Origin: Octopus vulgaris
Lineage: Eukaryota
NCBI GenBank assembly: GCA_951406725.2
Contig: OX597815.1
Span: 191,704,001-191,768,000 of the forward strand
Length of the DNA stretch: 64,000 bases
Direction of reading: 5' to 3'
Numbering within the stretch: the stretch's first letter is position 1; each line of letters begins with the position of its first letter. Below are positions 13,557 through 25,405 of this stretch, piece after piece. The position numbers and the translations under genes are program-made. A model generated the notes under the pieces. The model saw only the letters and a program-made list of their open reading frames with translations. It was not told the DNA's origin and ran no database searches.

Positions 13557-13604
13557 GTCACTGATGAAGGCATATATAAAATATCCCAGAAACAGCTGTA
13601 AGAC
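13557..13604 (+). ncRNA. Minimal type I hammerhead ribozyme motif in a short PLE remnant
   Basis: GTCA-CTGATGA-AGG...CC-A-GAAA-CAGCTG-TA-AGAC. Canonical core, palindromic stem III, GUA site. Confidence 0.75.
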
Positions 13605-13661
13605 CATCTCTTTATAAACGTTCTGAAATCTTTCACAGCCTTGGATTTTTATCTCATTCTG

Positions 13662-13709
<48 letters not shown>

Positions 13710-14119
13710 CTGGCACTTGCCGTCAGTAATTACTCAAGGTAGGTAGTTGGTGACCTTTTAATGTAGTAAAACACACAAAAAATAAGCGAAACAGAGGCTC
13801 GTGACTGAGTTGAAGGCAGATTTATAGAAAACGTAAAGAAAACGGTGTTGTAGGAGTGTATGCAGCATGTATACTACATCATTACTGTGCGAAGCTTTAA
13901 TACAAAAAAGAAAGTATTTTGCATTTTATGCATAGTAATAAGAGTAACCTTCATAATTTTATTGTATTTGGTGCATATTTCGCCGTAAAAGAAAAATGTT
14001 ACTATCGATCTATTTTATTCAAGGTAGGCACTGCCTTCTTGCTACCTAGGTGACATGTCTCTGATATATATATATATATATATATACTTTATTTAAAGCA
14101 GCAGAAAATTCAACAAAAT

Positions 14120-14157
14120 CTGTTACTCTGAGTTTCTCGTTGCCGTTCATCAGACGT
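14120..14157 (-). ncRNA. Minimal hammerhead motif
   Basis: Reverse complement CGT-CTGATGA-ACGGCAACGA-GAAA-CTCAGAG-TA-ACAG. Confidence 0.65.
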
Positions 14158-14409
14158 GTTTTTGCTAGAATGGAACCGATATATCAATTCAATCCAGACT
14201 CTTACAAACGCTACACCTTTTAAAACATGGACTTGTTTGATTGGCCCTTTAGAAATAACGGTCAATCTTCGAGCGATAAACAAAAAAATGAGCTCAAAAA
14301 TATATATGTATGTATATATATATATATATATATACATATATATAAAAATTATAAAGATTATAAAATTCGAGGAAAAAACCTTACATTGAATAAAATACAT
14401 ATATATATG

Positions 14410-14615
14410 TCTGGTGTGTGTTTCATTCGCCGTGCTGAACCACTGAAATCTACACGCTTGTTTTCTTTCTCTATTTATTTCCTCTTTTTCCTTTCTGTCG
14501 AAGAGCGTAGGCTCGAAACATAAGACTTTTAAATTTCCCCGAGCGTCAAACTAATACACTTATTTGTTGTTCCTACACTTGTCTTCATCTTTTGATTTTC
14601 AATGAATTTGAACTG
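14410..14615 (+). mobile_element. Short PLE 3'-end family with variant hammerhead at 14491-14526
   Basis: CTTT-CTGTCGA-A-GAGC GTAG GCTC-GAAA-CA-TA-AGAC plus a shared tail. Relatives at 18285, 30300, 41835, 46245 and 51500. Confidence 0.65.
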
Positions 14616-14659
14616 TGTGTGTGTGTATGTATATATATATGTGTGTGTGTGTCTGTGTA

Positions 14660-15057
14660 TCTTTATATATAAAAGAGAGGTTGTGTGTCTGTCTCCTACG
14701 ATTTAGATTCCTAACTACTCCCACATTTTGCGGTGCAGTTTAACCAAAACCGGGTATCTTATAGTCGTGATTCATATCGAGTCCTTCTGGGTATTAGCGC
14801 GCGTCTACGATGAGTCTACGATTTAAAAAAAAAATTACCATAATTTTTTTTCCATTTTAATGCATTATTTCGCTATTATATAAGTGAAGTAACTCTCTAA
14901 AAATGTCTACGATGAGTCAACGATTTAAAAAAAAATTTACCATCATTTTTTTCCTTTTTTAATGCATTTTTTTGCTATTTTTTGGCTATAACTCTCTAAA
15001 AATGCTTATATAGTTATTTCCCTTACAAATCCGAGCAACGCCGGGCGATAATGCTAG
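14660..15057 (+). mobile_element. Non-autonomous Helitron
   Basis: TC...hairpin...CTAG|T, with two internal subrepeat units. Confidence 0.9.
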
Positions 15058-15261
15058 TATATGTATATATATAAACAAAAATACGTATGGGGAATATATC
15101 TTTAATTGTAGAATTCACTTCACAACAGAAGCAATTGTCGGCTTTTTATCAACGTATTTAAATATAGATAATATAATTGATATTAATATTTCCGAAAATA
15201 TATGTTAACACAACGTTTTCAAGGTGATCCAAAATTAGTTCACTTTGAATATAATTAATTT

Positions 15262-15722
15262 TGGATCGCCTGGAAAACGTTGTTAGTGGCCAGATAAGAT
15301 GTTCGGCTTCACTTGACTGTTCCTTATGCCAATCAGTAACAACCTTAGCTTTGGGAATTGGATGCATTATCATCCTGAAATATTGCGCGCCCCCCCCCCC
15401 CCCGGAAGCACTTCCGCAACCATAGGATGAATTTGATCAGACAAAATGCTTAAATAGTCTTGACTGTTAATTCTTCCATGAAGGGGAGCTATAGGGCCGG
15501 CGGATTTCCAAAATATAGCCCCTCCCCTCCCAGATCATCACAGATCCTCCTTCATGTTTAACAGTTGGAAGAAGGCAGTCTGGGTCAAATGCTTCTTTTG
15601 GCTGTCTCCACGCGTATACTCGGCCGGTCGTCGGAAATAAGGTAAAGGATGACTCGTCTGAGAAAACATTCTTCCACTGCTCTAGGGACCAATTCTGTAG
15701 GTTTTTACTCCACCCTAAACGC
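15262..15722 (-). pseudogene. Tc1-family transposase fragment (frameshifted)
   Basis: WSLEQWKNVFSDESSFTLF...TVKHEGGSVMIW and FQDDNA..AKVVTDWHKEQSSEAEHLIWP motifs. Confidence 0.9.
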
Positions 15723-15724
15723 CT

Positions 15725-15976
15725 AATAGCGGCAGATGAAATACCTATTTCTTTATTACCCACAAGGGGCTAAACACAGAAGGGACAAACATGGACAGAC
15801 ATAGGTATTAAGTCGATTACATCGACCCCAGTGCGTAACTGGTACTTAATTTATCGACTCCGAAAGGATGAAAGGCAAAGTCGACCTCGGCGGAATTTGA
15901 ACTCAGAACGAAGCGGCAGACGAAATACCGGTAAGCATTTCGCCCGGCGTGCTAACGATTCTGCCAGCTCGCCGCC
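15725..15976 (-). mobile_element. SINE A, full copy plus start of a second unit
   Basis: Head GGCGGCGAGCTGGCAGAATCG; the tail is followed by GGTATTTCATCTGCCG. Confidence 0.9.
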
Positions 15977-15984
15977 TTTTTAAA

Positions 15985-16190
15985 ACTCCCAAATCATAAC
16001 AGGACTGTTTCTCAGAGCTTTATGTTTCCGTTCGTCGGACAATTGTGACGCTGGGAACATAAGGCTCTGAGTAACCGTTCTGTGATGATTTTACAGCTTT
16101 AAACTGAAAGCATATTACTCTACCTTTCGTATTCGAGTACTATCTTCTCCATCTTGTTTGCACTTATGTGCTCACCTGTATATATAAACG
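15985..16190. mobile_element. Inverted pair of PLE ends; hammerhead motif on the minus strand at 15994-16042
   Basis: Reverse complement TTGT-CCGACGA-A-CGGA...TCTG-A-GAAA-CAGTCCTG-TT-ATGA. A degenerate inverted copy lies at 16043-16092. Confidence 0.6.
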
Positions 16191-16220
16191 GCGTTGCAAA
16201 CAAGGAAATAGAGCTAAAAA

Positions 16221-16592
16221 AGCTAAGCGTAGTTGTGTAGTGAGTAGCTTGCTTACCAACCACATGGTTCTGGGTTCAGTCCCACTGTGTGGCACTTTGG
16301 GTAAGTGTCTGCTACTATAGCTTCGGGCCAAACAAAGCCTTGTGAGTGGATTTGGTAGACGGAAACTGAAAGAAGCCTGTCGTGTGTGTGTATTCATTCG
16401 TCCCCCCCACCAGCGCTTGACAACCGATGTTGGTGTGTTTATGTCCCCGTAACTTAGCGGTTCGGCAAAAAGAAACCGATAGAATGAGTAAGTACTAGGC
16501 TTACAAAAACCAAATCCAGGGGTCGATTTGTGCGACTAAACGGGGTGCTCCAGCACGGCCGCTGTCAAATGACTGAAATAAATAAAAGAATA
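16221..16592 (+). mobile_element. SINE B
   Basis: Family match. Confidence 0.9.
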
Positions 16593-16794
16593 TATTTTTC
16601 TTAATAGTGACACTATGTCCGGGAGCTCTGCATTTACACTTTTCCTATATCAGTACGTGTGTTTGTGTCTGTGTATATATATATATATATATGTGTGAGT
16701 GCGTGTATACATTGTGTGTGTGTACGTGATGAATGTGAGCGTGCTAGGAATAATTAATTGCTTTTATACATGTATGGTATGTACACATACGCCT

Positions 16795-17390
16795 GTCTGT
16801 CTGTCTGTCTATATGTCTATCTATCTGTCTATCTGTCTGTCTGTCTGTCTGTCTGTGTGTCTATCTGTGTATCTGTCTGTCTATCTGTCTGTGTATCTGT
16901 CTGTGTCTGTCTGTCTATCTGTCTGTGTGTCTGTCTCTGTCTGTGTCTGTCTGTCTGTGTGCCTGTCCATATGTCTGTCTATGTGCCTGTCTATCTATGT
17001 GCCTGTCTATCTATGTGCCTGTCTATCTATGTGCCTGTCTATCTATGTGCCTGTCTATCTATGTGCCTGTCTATCTATGTGCCTGTCTATCTATGTATCT
17101 GTCTATCTATCTATGTGTCTGTCTATCTATCTATGTGTCTGTCTATCTATCTATGTGTCTGTCTATCTATCTATGTGTCTGTCTATCTATCTATGTGTCT
17201 GTCTATCTATCTATCTATGTGTCTGTCTATCTATCTATCTATGTGTCTGTCTATCTATCTATCTATGTGTCTGTCTGTCTATCTATCTATGTGTCTGTCT
17301 ATCTATCTATGTGTCTGTCTATCTATCTATGTGTCTGTCTATCTATCTATCTATCTATGTGTCTGTCTATCTATCTATGTGTCTATATAT
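16795..17390. repeat. (TCTG)/(TCTA) derived 16-24 bp minisatellite
   Basis: CTATCTATGTGCCTGT-type units. Confidence 0.95.
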
Positions 17391-18225
17391 GAGTGTGTCA
17401 AGATAGGTCTATGTGCGTATGTATGTATGTATGCATGTGTGTGCAAACGTCTGCGTGAAAGTGGTTGCCTCGGTGTGTGTTAGACGGATCGCGGAAGGTT
17501 AGCAAGTTACTAGGCGGTAGGCGGGGAAACAAGGACAAAACAACAGCAATTAGCGTAGAGAGAGAGAGAGGGTGGGGAGAAGGTGGATAATAAAAAGCAA
17601 ATCGAAAGAGAAAAGGTAAAAGCGATATAGAGGGGGTGGGTGAGGGAAAGATAAATAGTGGTAATATGAAACAGAAAGAAGAGACACATATAAGAGACAC
17701 ATACAAGCATATACAAAGACATACACATACACACACACACATATGAATGTATATTAAAACACTCACGTAGACTGTGAATGAAAAGAGAGAGAGAGAGAGA
17801 TAGGTAGAGGAAAGAAAGAGAGAGAGAGGGACGGGTTGGGGAAGAGAGAGAGGGAGAGAGGGGTGACTGTCAAACACAAATAGAAAATAAGAGGGAGAAA
17901 GTGAGAGGAAAGTGTTAGTGAGTATAAAAATAGAAAAAAAATGATTGCGAGGAGAGAAAGGGAGTGAGGGCGAGAATGAAAGGAGGTGGGGAAGGGAGGG
18001 AGAGAGTAATGTTGGCGGAAAATATGGAGTGAAGAGGTTTTTTTTTTATAAGTTATTAAAGGTTAAAAAGAGTGGGGGTAGAGAGAGGAGGAGAAAGAGA
18101 ATGGGGGGAAATAGAGGGTGAGAGGGAGAGAGCGAAAGAGAAATTACGTACATAAAGAACGTTTAATATGGCTTCCCTTACTCTCATTCCCTCTCCTCCT
18201 CTCTTTCTAAATAAGTGTGAAAATA

Positions 18226-18284
<59 letters not shown>

Positions 18285-18287
<3 letters not shown>

Positions 18288-18480
18288 TGGAGAATTCACT
18301 AAAAAAAAAGCAAAAGACGAAGACAGGTGGTGTAGAAAACAAACAGATGTATTAGTATAACGCTCGGGAATTGAAAAAAAGTCTTTTACGTTTCGAGCCT
18401 ACGCTCTTCTACAGAAAGGAACAGAGAAAGAAACAAGGAGAGAAAAAAAATGTGTGTAGTGGCTATCGATCTATCATGGC
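18285..18480 (-). mobile_element. Short PLE 3'-end family with hammerhead motif at 18383-18418
   Basis: Reverse complement CTTT-CTGTAGA-A-GAGCGTAGGCTC-GAAA-CG-TA-AAAG, flanked by (TA)n. Confidence 0.7.
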
Positions 18481-18494
18481 TATATATATATATA

Positions 18495-18997
18495 TTCTTT
18501 TCTTTGTTATTTCACTGCAGGCATGCTGGAGCACCGCCTTTAGTCGAGCAAATCGACCTCAGGACTTATTCTTTGTAAGCCTTGTACTTATTCTATCGAA
18601 CAGCTAAGTGACGGGGACGTAAACACATCAACATCGGTTGCCAAGCGATGGTGTTGGTGGTAGTGGGGAAACACATATTCACACACGCATACACACACAC
18701 GCATACACACACACGTATACACACATACGCATACACACACACGCATACACACACACGCATACACACACACGCATACACACACACGCATACACACACACGC
18801 ATACACACACACACACGCACCCCCCCACATATATATATGAGGGGCTTCTTTCAATTATCCGTTTATCAAATCCACTCACAAGGCTTTGGTCGGCCCGAGG
18901 CTATAGTAGGAGACATTTACCCAAGGTGCCATGCAGTAGGACTGAACCCAGAACCATGTGGTTGTTAAGCTAGCTACTTAAAACACAACCACTCCTC
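18495..18997 (-). mobile_element. SINE B with expanded internal repeat
   Basis: Family match. Confidence 0.85.
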
Positions 18998-19425
18998 TGT
19001 ATATGTGTGTGTGTGCGCGCGCACGCATCTGTGCGTATGTGCGCGTACATGCATACATACACATTCATATGCATACGCACACATATGTGTGTTAATGTAT
19101 ATATACATAGGTACATATCTAAATAAGTATACACATACGCATGCATACGCGCCCGCACACTCCCCCCCACCCGCCACACGTTTAGAAAGGAAGGTGTGTG
19201 TGTGTGTGAGAGAGAGAGAGAGAACGGTTGAAAGAGTGGTGGCAGTTTGTGTTGGAGGGTAAGAGAAAAGAATTAGCTGATAGTGGAGAAAAGGTCGACA
19301 GTGATAGAGAATATATATATATATATATATATATGTATAAGGGTGAAAAGGAACACACGAGTTGATATATATGAAAAAACAAGTAAAAAATAGAAAATGC
19401 TAAAATAATTTTATAGTGAACATTT

Positions 19426-19463
19426 CAGTACCGGTTTCGGTCATTTTGAGACCTTTTCAACTG
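19426..19463 (-). ncRNA. Minimal hammerhead ribozyme, U3-A8 variant (left arm)
   Basis: Reverse complement of 21546-21583. Confidence 0.75.
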
Positions 19464-20140
19464 TAACGATTAAATAATTAAATTTAGAAAAATTAGAAGA
19501 AAAGTTTTTTTAAAAAAATATTTCTATAGTAGTGTTCAGATTTAAGTGGCATTCTGCCTTTCTCTGACTCCCTTGTTTGCACTTGTGTGTTCGAGGTAGT
19601 TGTGAGTTCTTGGTAGGGTAGTAGAGGGAAGGCTGGTGAGGAAAGGGGGTTGGAGAATCTGGGAGTGCCCTGATGGTCGTATTTTGAATGGTCAGTGGCG
19701 GCTGGCAGTCTCAGTTCAATTCAGGATTGTTTATAGAATTAGCGTAGGTGTTATACTAAAAAACATTAGTGACAAACTTAAGGGGTAGGGGGTGAGAAGA
19801 AGAAGAAGAAGAAGAAGAAGGAGAAGGAGAAGATGATGGTGATGGTGGTGATGATTATGACGACGATGATGATGATAACGATGATGATGAAGAAGAAGAA
19901 GAAGAAGAAGGAGGAGAAGGAGAAGATGGTGGTGATGATGGTGGTGATGATGATGACGCCGATGATGATGATAACGATGATGATGAAGAAGAAGAAGAAG
20001 AAGAAGAAAAAAACAGAGAAGGGAGAATATGAATGGGTGTAAATATAGCTATGAAGGGGCTGATTAGTAATGGATTCTATGGAGTGTAGTATTTGTGTGT
20101 GTATATATATTTTTTTCTTTTATTCTAAAGTTGAGGTATA

Positions 20141-20400
20141 TTAATTGTTTGTCGTAGACCCGTTAAGAAGTGGCTTGTATTTTGTAATAAAGAGATTTTC
20201 TTTACTTATTCTTTGTCTGGAGGTTGTATCGTCCCTAAATTGGTAGAGGGGGAAAATTCTGAAGTTTGGTGTTTTTTTGTTGGCGCAAGTATCTATGTGT
20301 TGGCTAAAAGCTATTTTTCTGTTTTGGGGAATTTTTATCTGGGATCTGTGCAGGGCCATTCGTTTACGCAAACCATTTTTGTTTGGCCTATGTACTGCTC
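20141..20400 (-). pseudogene. Penelope GIY-YIG endonuclease C-terminal fragment (left arm)
   Basis: EQYIGQTK/NGLRKRMALHRSQI...SQHIDTC...FRIFPLYQF...RISKENLFITKYKPLLN: YIG motif plus conserved R, H, E and N, with one homopolymer frameshift. Confidence 0.85.
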
Positions 20401-20549
20401 TTGAGCAGTACATAGGCCAAACATAGGCGCAAGTATCTATGTGTTGGCTAAAAGCTATTTTTCTGTTTTGGGGAATTTTTATCTGGGATCTGTGCGAGGG
20501 CCATTCGTTTACGCAAACCATTTTTTTGTTTGGCCTATGTACTGCTCTT

Positions 20550-20808
20550 GAGCAGTACATAGGCCAAACAAAAATGGTTTGCGTAAACGAATGGCCCTGC
20601 ACAGATCCCAGATAAAAATTCCCAAAACAGAAAAATAGCTTTTAGCCAACACATAGATACTTGCGCCAACAAAAAAACACCAAACTTCAGAATTTTCCCC
20701 CTCTACCAATTTAGGGACGATACAACCTCCAGACAAAGAATAAGTAAAGAAAATCTCTTTATTACAAAATACAAGCCACTTCTTAACGGGTCTACGACAA
20801 ACAATTAA
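20550..20808 (+). pseudogene. Penelope GIY-YIG fragment (right arm)
   Basis: Inverted copy of 20141-20400 with homopolymer indels. Confidence 0.85.
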
Positions 20809-21545
20809 TATACCTCAACTTTAGAATAAAAGAAAAAAATATATATACACACACAAATACTACACTCCATAGAATCCATTACTAATCAGCCCCTTCATAG
20901 CTATATTTACACCCATTCATATTCTCCCTTCTCTGTTTTTTTCTTCTTCTTCTTCTTCTTCATCATCATCGTTATCATCATCATCGGCGTCATCATCATC
21001 ACCACCATCATCACCACCATCTTCTCCTTCTCCTCCTTCTTCTTCTTCTTCTTCTTCTTCTTCTTCTTCTTCTTCTTCTTCTTCTTCTTCTTCATCATCA
21101 TCGTTATCATCATCATCGTCGTCATAATCATCACCACCATCACCATCATCTTCTCCTTCTCCTTCTTCTTCTTCTTCTTCTTCTTCTTCTTCTTCTTCTT
21201 CTTCTTCTTCTTCTCCACCCCCTACCCCTTAAGTTTGTCACTAATGTTTTTTAGTATAACACCTACGCTAATTCTATAAACAATCCTGAATTGAACTGAG
21301 ACTGCCAGCCGCCACTGACCATTCAAAATACGACCATCAGGGCACTCCCAGATTCTCCAACCCCTTTCCTCACCAGCCTTCCCTCTACTACCCTACCAAG
21401 AACTCACAACTACCTCGAACACACAAGTGCAAACAAGGGAGTCAGAGAAAGGCAGAATGCCACTTAAATCTGAACACTACTATAGAAATATTTTTTTAAA
21501 AAAACTTTTCTTCTAATTTTTCTAAATTTAATTATTTAATCGTTA

Positions 21546-21583
21546 CAGTTGAAAAGGTCTCAAAATGACCGAAACCGGTACTG
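21546..21583 (+). ncRNA. Minimal hammerhead ribozyme, U3-A8 variant (right arm)
   Basis: CAG-TTGAAAA-GGTC TCAAAAT GACC-GAAA-CCGG-TA-CTG. All three stems pair. Confidence 0.75.
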
Positions 21584-21632
21584 AAATGTTCACTATAAAA
21601 TTATTTTAGCATTTTCTATTTTTTACTTGTTT

Positions 21633-21671
<39 letters not shown>

Positions 21672-21879
21672 AAATAAGGAAATGGAGAAATACATTTTAA
21701 TCAATAATCAACTACCAGATAATACCCAATCACATAATTTATTAAACCACTACATAAGGAACATTAAGGTCAAACATAATAATATAGAACAAAACAATGT
21801 ACATCAATGAATAATGAGATACAATAAGTACAGTATGTATAAGTGAATATAAATAAATACAAGTATAAATACAAACTAC

Positions 21880-22006
21880 ATCTTACAGCTGTTTCAGCCA
21901 TGCAGATATGAGTGCCTCATTATGCTCATATTAGCCATGTGTGATAGGTTAATATGTAGTTATAAATGAGACACTTACAAAAATATCCCAAGGCCTCTTC
22001 AGAGAT
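21880..22006 (-). ncRNA. Hammerhead with canonical core and ~90 nt stem II insertion, in PLE remnant ~21670-22105
   Basis: Reverse complement ATCT-CTGAAGA-GGCC...GGCT-GAAA-CAGCTG-TA-AGAT. Confidence 0.75.
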
Positions 22007-22329
22007 TATGAAGAACAAACTAAATTAAATATGAAAATCAGAGGAGGTATTGGATACATGTTATCCCATGGTGGGTTGCACTCACAACCCCTATCTCAAT
22101 TTGTAATATATATATATATTCATATTTATATGTATATGAGAAAGTGGTATAAACCAGAGTAAAGGAGTGTGAGAGAGAAAGAGGAAATATGTAAGGGAAG
22201 GAGGGAGAGTGAAAGCGAAGGAGAGAGAGTAATTAGGAGAGAGTAATAAAAATGTCACTGCGTGTGTGTATGGGTGCGTATATGTGTGTCTACGGATATC
22301 CGTGTAGTACGAGGCGTGATGTTATAGAC

Positions 22330-22672
22330 CAGGGTTGGCCAACCCGAGGCCCGCGGGGTGCATGCGACCCTCAGACTTTTATCTTGCGGCCTGCTTCATA
22401 CTTTCTTGAAGTATTGTGTTTAATTTCAAAATAAAATTATTTGTGTAAAACATTTGTCTCAAAATAAATTAAAAATTTATAAGTGGCAAGAAAGCAATAG
22501 CCTACAATTTTATAATTTCAAACAAACAAAATGTATGAAAAATTCTTGATTCTGTAATTTGATTATTTGACTATTAATGCATAAAGTATACAAGAGGCTC
22601 TCAAAAACTTTCTGTGATAAAATTTTCTGTGATTAAAGTGGCCAGCAATGTAATTCGAGTTGGCCAGGCCTG
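22330..22672. mobile_element. hAT MITE with 8-bp TSD
   Basis: TIRs CAGGGTTGGCCAAC / GTTGGCCAGGCCTG. TSD TTATAGAC at 22322-22329 and 22673-22680. Confidence 0.9.
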
Positions 22673-23252
22673 TTATAGACCATCTCTCACTTCCATACAT
22701 TAGCACAGGGCAGACATACGTATCCTGGTCTTGATACTCAGAGCGCGGTTCCTCAAGACATACACTTTTGAAACAACAGATGTTGCTGGCACTATTCATC
22801 TTTTGACCGCCTTCAGGCACCTTGCATCTTCTGTGATCTAAATGCTATTATATGATTTTAAACAGCAATGGTATTTCGATTTCCATACTCCAATATTAAT
22901 TCCTGATTGAATTGTTTACTTGTTTCATTCAAATCAATTAATTACACATTAATTAAGAAATGATTATATGGTCGATGACGTATTTAATTAATCCTTTGAA
23001 ACAACTGTTGAGCCTAATAAAGAGATTTTGGAATAACATTCAGATGACTGTATTTTCTAAACGTCTTGCTCTGAACATTCGTTTTAGCCAATTTGAACTC
23101 TGGAAACTCATTTCGGTTAAGGATGGTGTATTGAAACGCTAATATATTGGAATTTAACGATTTCTTAAATAGTTGAGCTCTTAATCTCAGTGGATGTATT
23201 TTTAGAGAGTCTAAGCACTAACTCAGTATATGTAAACATACATGCATACATA

Positions 23253-23390
23253 CAGGGCCGGATTAAGACCATAGAGGTCCTAAAAACTTAAAAGATTTTG
23301 GTACCCCCCCCCATATATATATGGTACCTCTCTAGCAGTATATTGGATATATGTTATCCCATGGAGGGTTGAATTTACAACCCCTATCTC

Positions 23391-23438
<48 letters not shown>

Positions 23439-23794
23439 CAAAATATAAACGATAATAAACCTCAAAATAAATTTTATTTTTTCAAAATGAAACAAAATTA
23501 ACAGGAAGATGGAAAATAACGGTATGTTTCTGGATATTTTCACTCTAGTTATATCTAGAAAGATTTCTCCTACCGGTTTTTTTTTTAATTTCAAAATGTT
23601 TGATCAGATCCCCACAGTGACACTATGAACACTTAGAAATTATATTCCCAATCATGTGAACCACTTCAAATATTAATTTATGAAGTTGAAAGTTATTTCT
23701 TTTGTGCCGTAGACCATTTACCATTTCTGTGGTGCCCCATTCCCTTGACACCCTAAGCACGTGGTGATTTTGCGTAATGGCTAATCCAGCGCCG
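23253..23794. mobile_element. hAT (Tip100-like) MITE with internal insertion
   Basis: CAGGGCCGGATTAA ... CTAATCCAGCGCCG; near-TSD CATACATA/CATACACA. Confidence 0.6.
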
Positions 23795-23829
23795 CATACA
23801 CACACACAGATACATACATACATACAAGG

Positions 23830-24110
23830 ACTATTGCTTTTACATCCAGATTATAAATTCACATTTATACGAATAATGATTAATGCACTTGACTTGGTTA
23901 GTAAATTCTCAAATGTCAGTCTGAATAAGCCAGGGTTTTCGGAAAAAGAAATTAACCAACTAACTCGCATATTACAAATGCAGTCTGTAAGTGGAACAGT
24001 AAAAATATGCAAGACATTTTCTCGAGTTTAAAATGTGACATTGTCCTTATTATCTACGCTCCGACGATGGAGATTTATATCTCTGTTAGAAGCCAGCTTC
24101 TTCCTCAGAG
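23830..24110 (+). pseudogene. R4/Dong LINE C-terminal (REL endonuclease end) fragment
   Basis: IRIMINALDLVS...LQMQSVSGTVKICKTF resembles the IIIGALG...LQ...GT C-terminus. Confidence 0.6.
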
Positions 24111-24291
24111 GAAGAATTTAAATAACCAAAAAGGGAAGAGAGCAGTTATATATTTTCAACTTCATACCTTTTATTATCATTGTAGCAACAGGATCGGTAC
24201 CAACCCGCCTAGAACTGAGTATGGTTGAACTTGAGTTCACGGGGAGAGAACGCAGATCCTTAATTCATGCACTACAAATGAGCATGATATA

Positions 24292-24675
24292 TCTCTCTCT
24301 ATATAAACGGCAGTTTGTCTGTGCGTTTTCTGTGTGTCTGTTTTCTTGTACCCTCACTCTGACCACGGCTTTCAACCGATTCTGATGAAACTTGACACAC
24401 ACATAGCCCAATGTCATAATTAAAAACTAACGCAGCGAAAATTTTGAAAAGTTCCCCCAGTTCTGAAAAAAATCGATAAATTCGACATGGGGTCGAGAAT
24501 CAGAAACACAAACCACAGACCGTCTAGGGGACGCAACTCCACCTTTTTTAACTCTCAAAAAAAATTTACCATCATTTTTTTTCCATTTTTTTGCTATTTT
24601 TTGGCTATAACTCTCTAAAAATGCTTTATAGTTATTTCCCTTACAAACCTGAGCAACGCCGGGCGATACTGCTAG
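24292..24675 (+). mobile_element. Non-autonomous Helitron, alternative 5' half with the common 3' end
   Basis: TCTCTCTCTATATAAACGGCAG... and ...GAGCAACGCCGGGCGATACTGCTAG|T. Confidence 0.85.
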
Positions 24676-24883
24676 TGGAACTATAAAATTCTGCAAGAGC
24701 TTTTTAAGATTTATAGGATGATGAACGACACAAGATGCTTTCCTTTACAATATTGCTACTAAGCAGATGGCCGGTCAAAATTTACTCAAAATTAGAAAGG
24801 AAAGAGACAAGAGCATGCATGCATGCATACATACATACATACCTGCATTTATACATCTATAAAATTTTTCAGAAGTTCATCAT

Positions 24884-25405
24884 TTAGTTAGTTAGTTAGT
24901 TAGTTAATTTGGCTCAAAAGCAAATAGCAAGGCCATGTAGGGGGACATGGAGTTAAGTACAGGGTGGTGTTCATGTAAAGAGTTCAGGCCACTTGAGGTC
25001 CAGGGAGGCTTTGAACAAAGCGGTCGTCGGCATCTTCACCATCTCGTCTGGCAGCTTGTTCCACGGATCCGCAACCCGGACGGAGAAAGCTCCTCTCCTT
25101 CGATTGAGATGAAATCGTCGCAGGTAGAGCTTTTCGGAATGACCCCGCAGCCGACGCTCCGGAGCAGGAGTGAAGAACAGCTCTTTCGAGAGGTTACACT
25201 TCCCGCTTATGATGTTGTGGGCGAGAATGAGATCACCACGGCGGCGGCGTTTTTCAAGAGAATAAAGGTCGAGCGTCCTCAGCCTTTCTTCGTAGGACAA
25301 ATTTTTGAGACCATGAACCATGCGGGTAGCCAGCCTCTGGACTCTTTCGAGATGCTGTATGTCTTTGAGGAGATAAGGAGAAGAGGCTTGAATCCCATAC
25401 TCAAT
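24884..25405 (-). mobile_element. 5'-truncated CR1-clade LINE (ORF2 C-terminus, 3' UTR, (TAAC)n tail)
   Basis: Uninterrupted frame IEYGIQASSPYLLKDIQHLERVQRLATRMVHGLKNLSYEERLRTLDLYSLEKRRRRGDLI...FSVRVADPWNKLP. Confidence 0.92.

Larger units (their letters stand above)
19365..21644. mobile_element. ~2.3 kb palindrome: two inverted 5'-truncated Penelope-like retroelement ends
   Basis: Arms 19365-20400 and 20550-21644 are reverse complements. Each carries a GIY-YIG C-terminus, a (CTT)/(CAT) 3' UTR and a hammerhead. Both ends abut TA repeats. Confidence 0.9.

Noticed and set aside
19833-21218. Poly-M/K ORFs
   Set aside because: They are (GAT)/(GAA) microsatellites in the PLE 3' UTR, read antisense.
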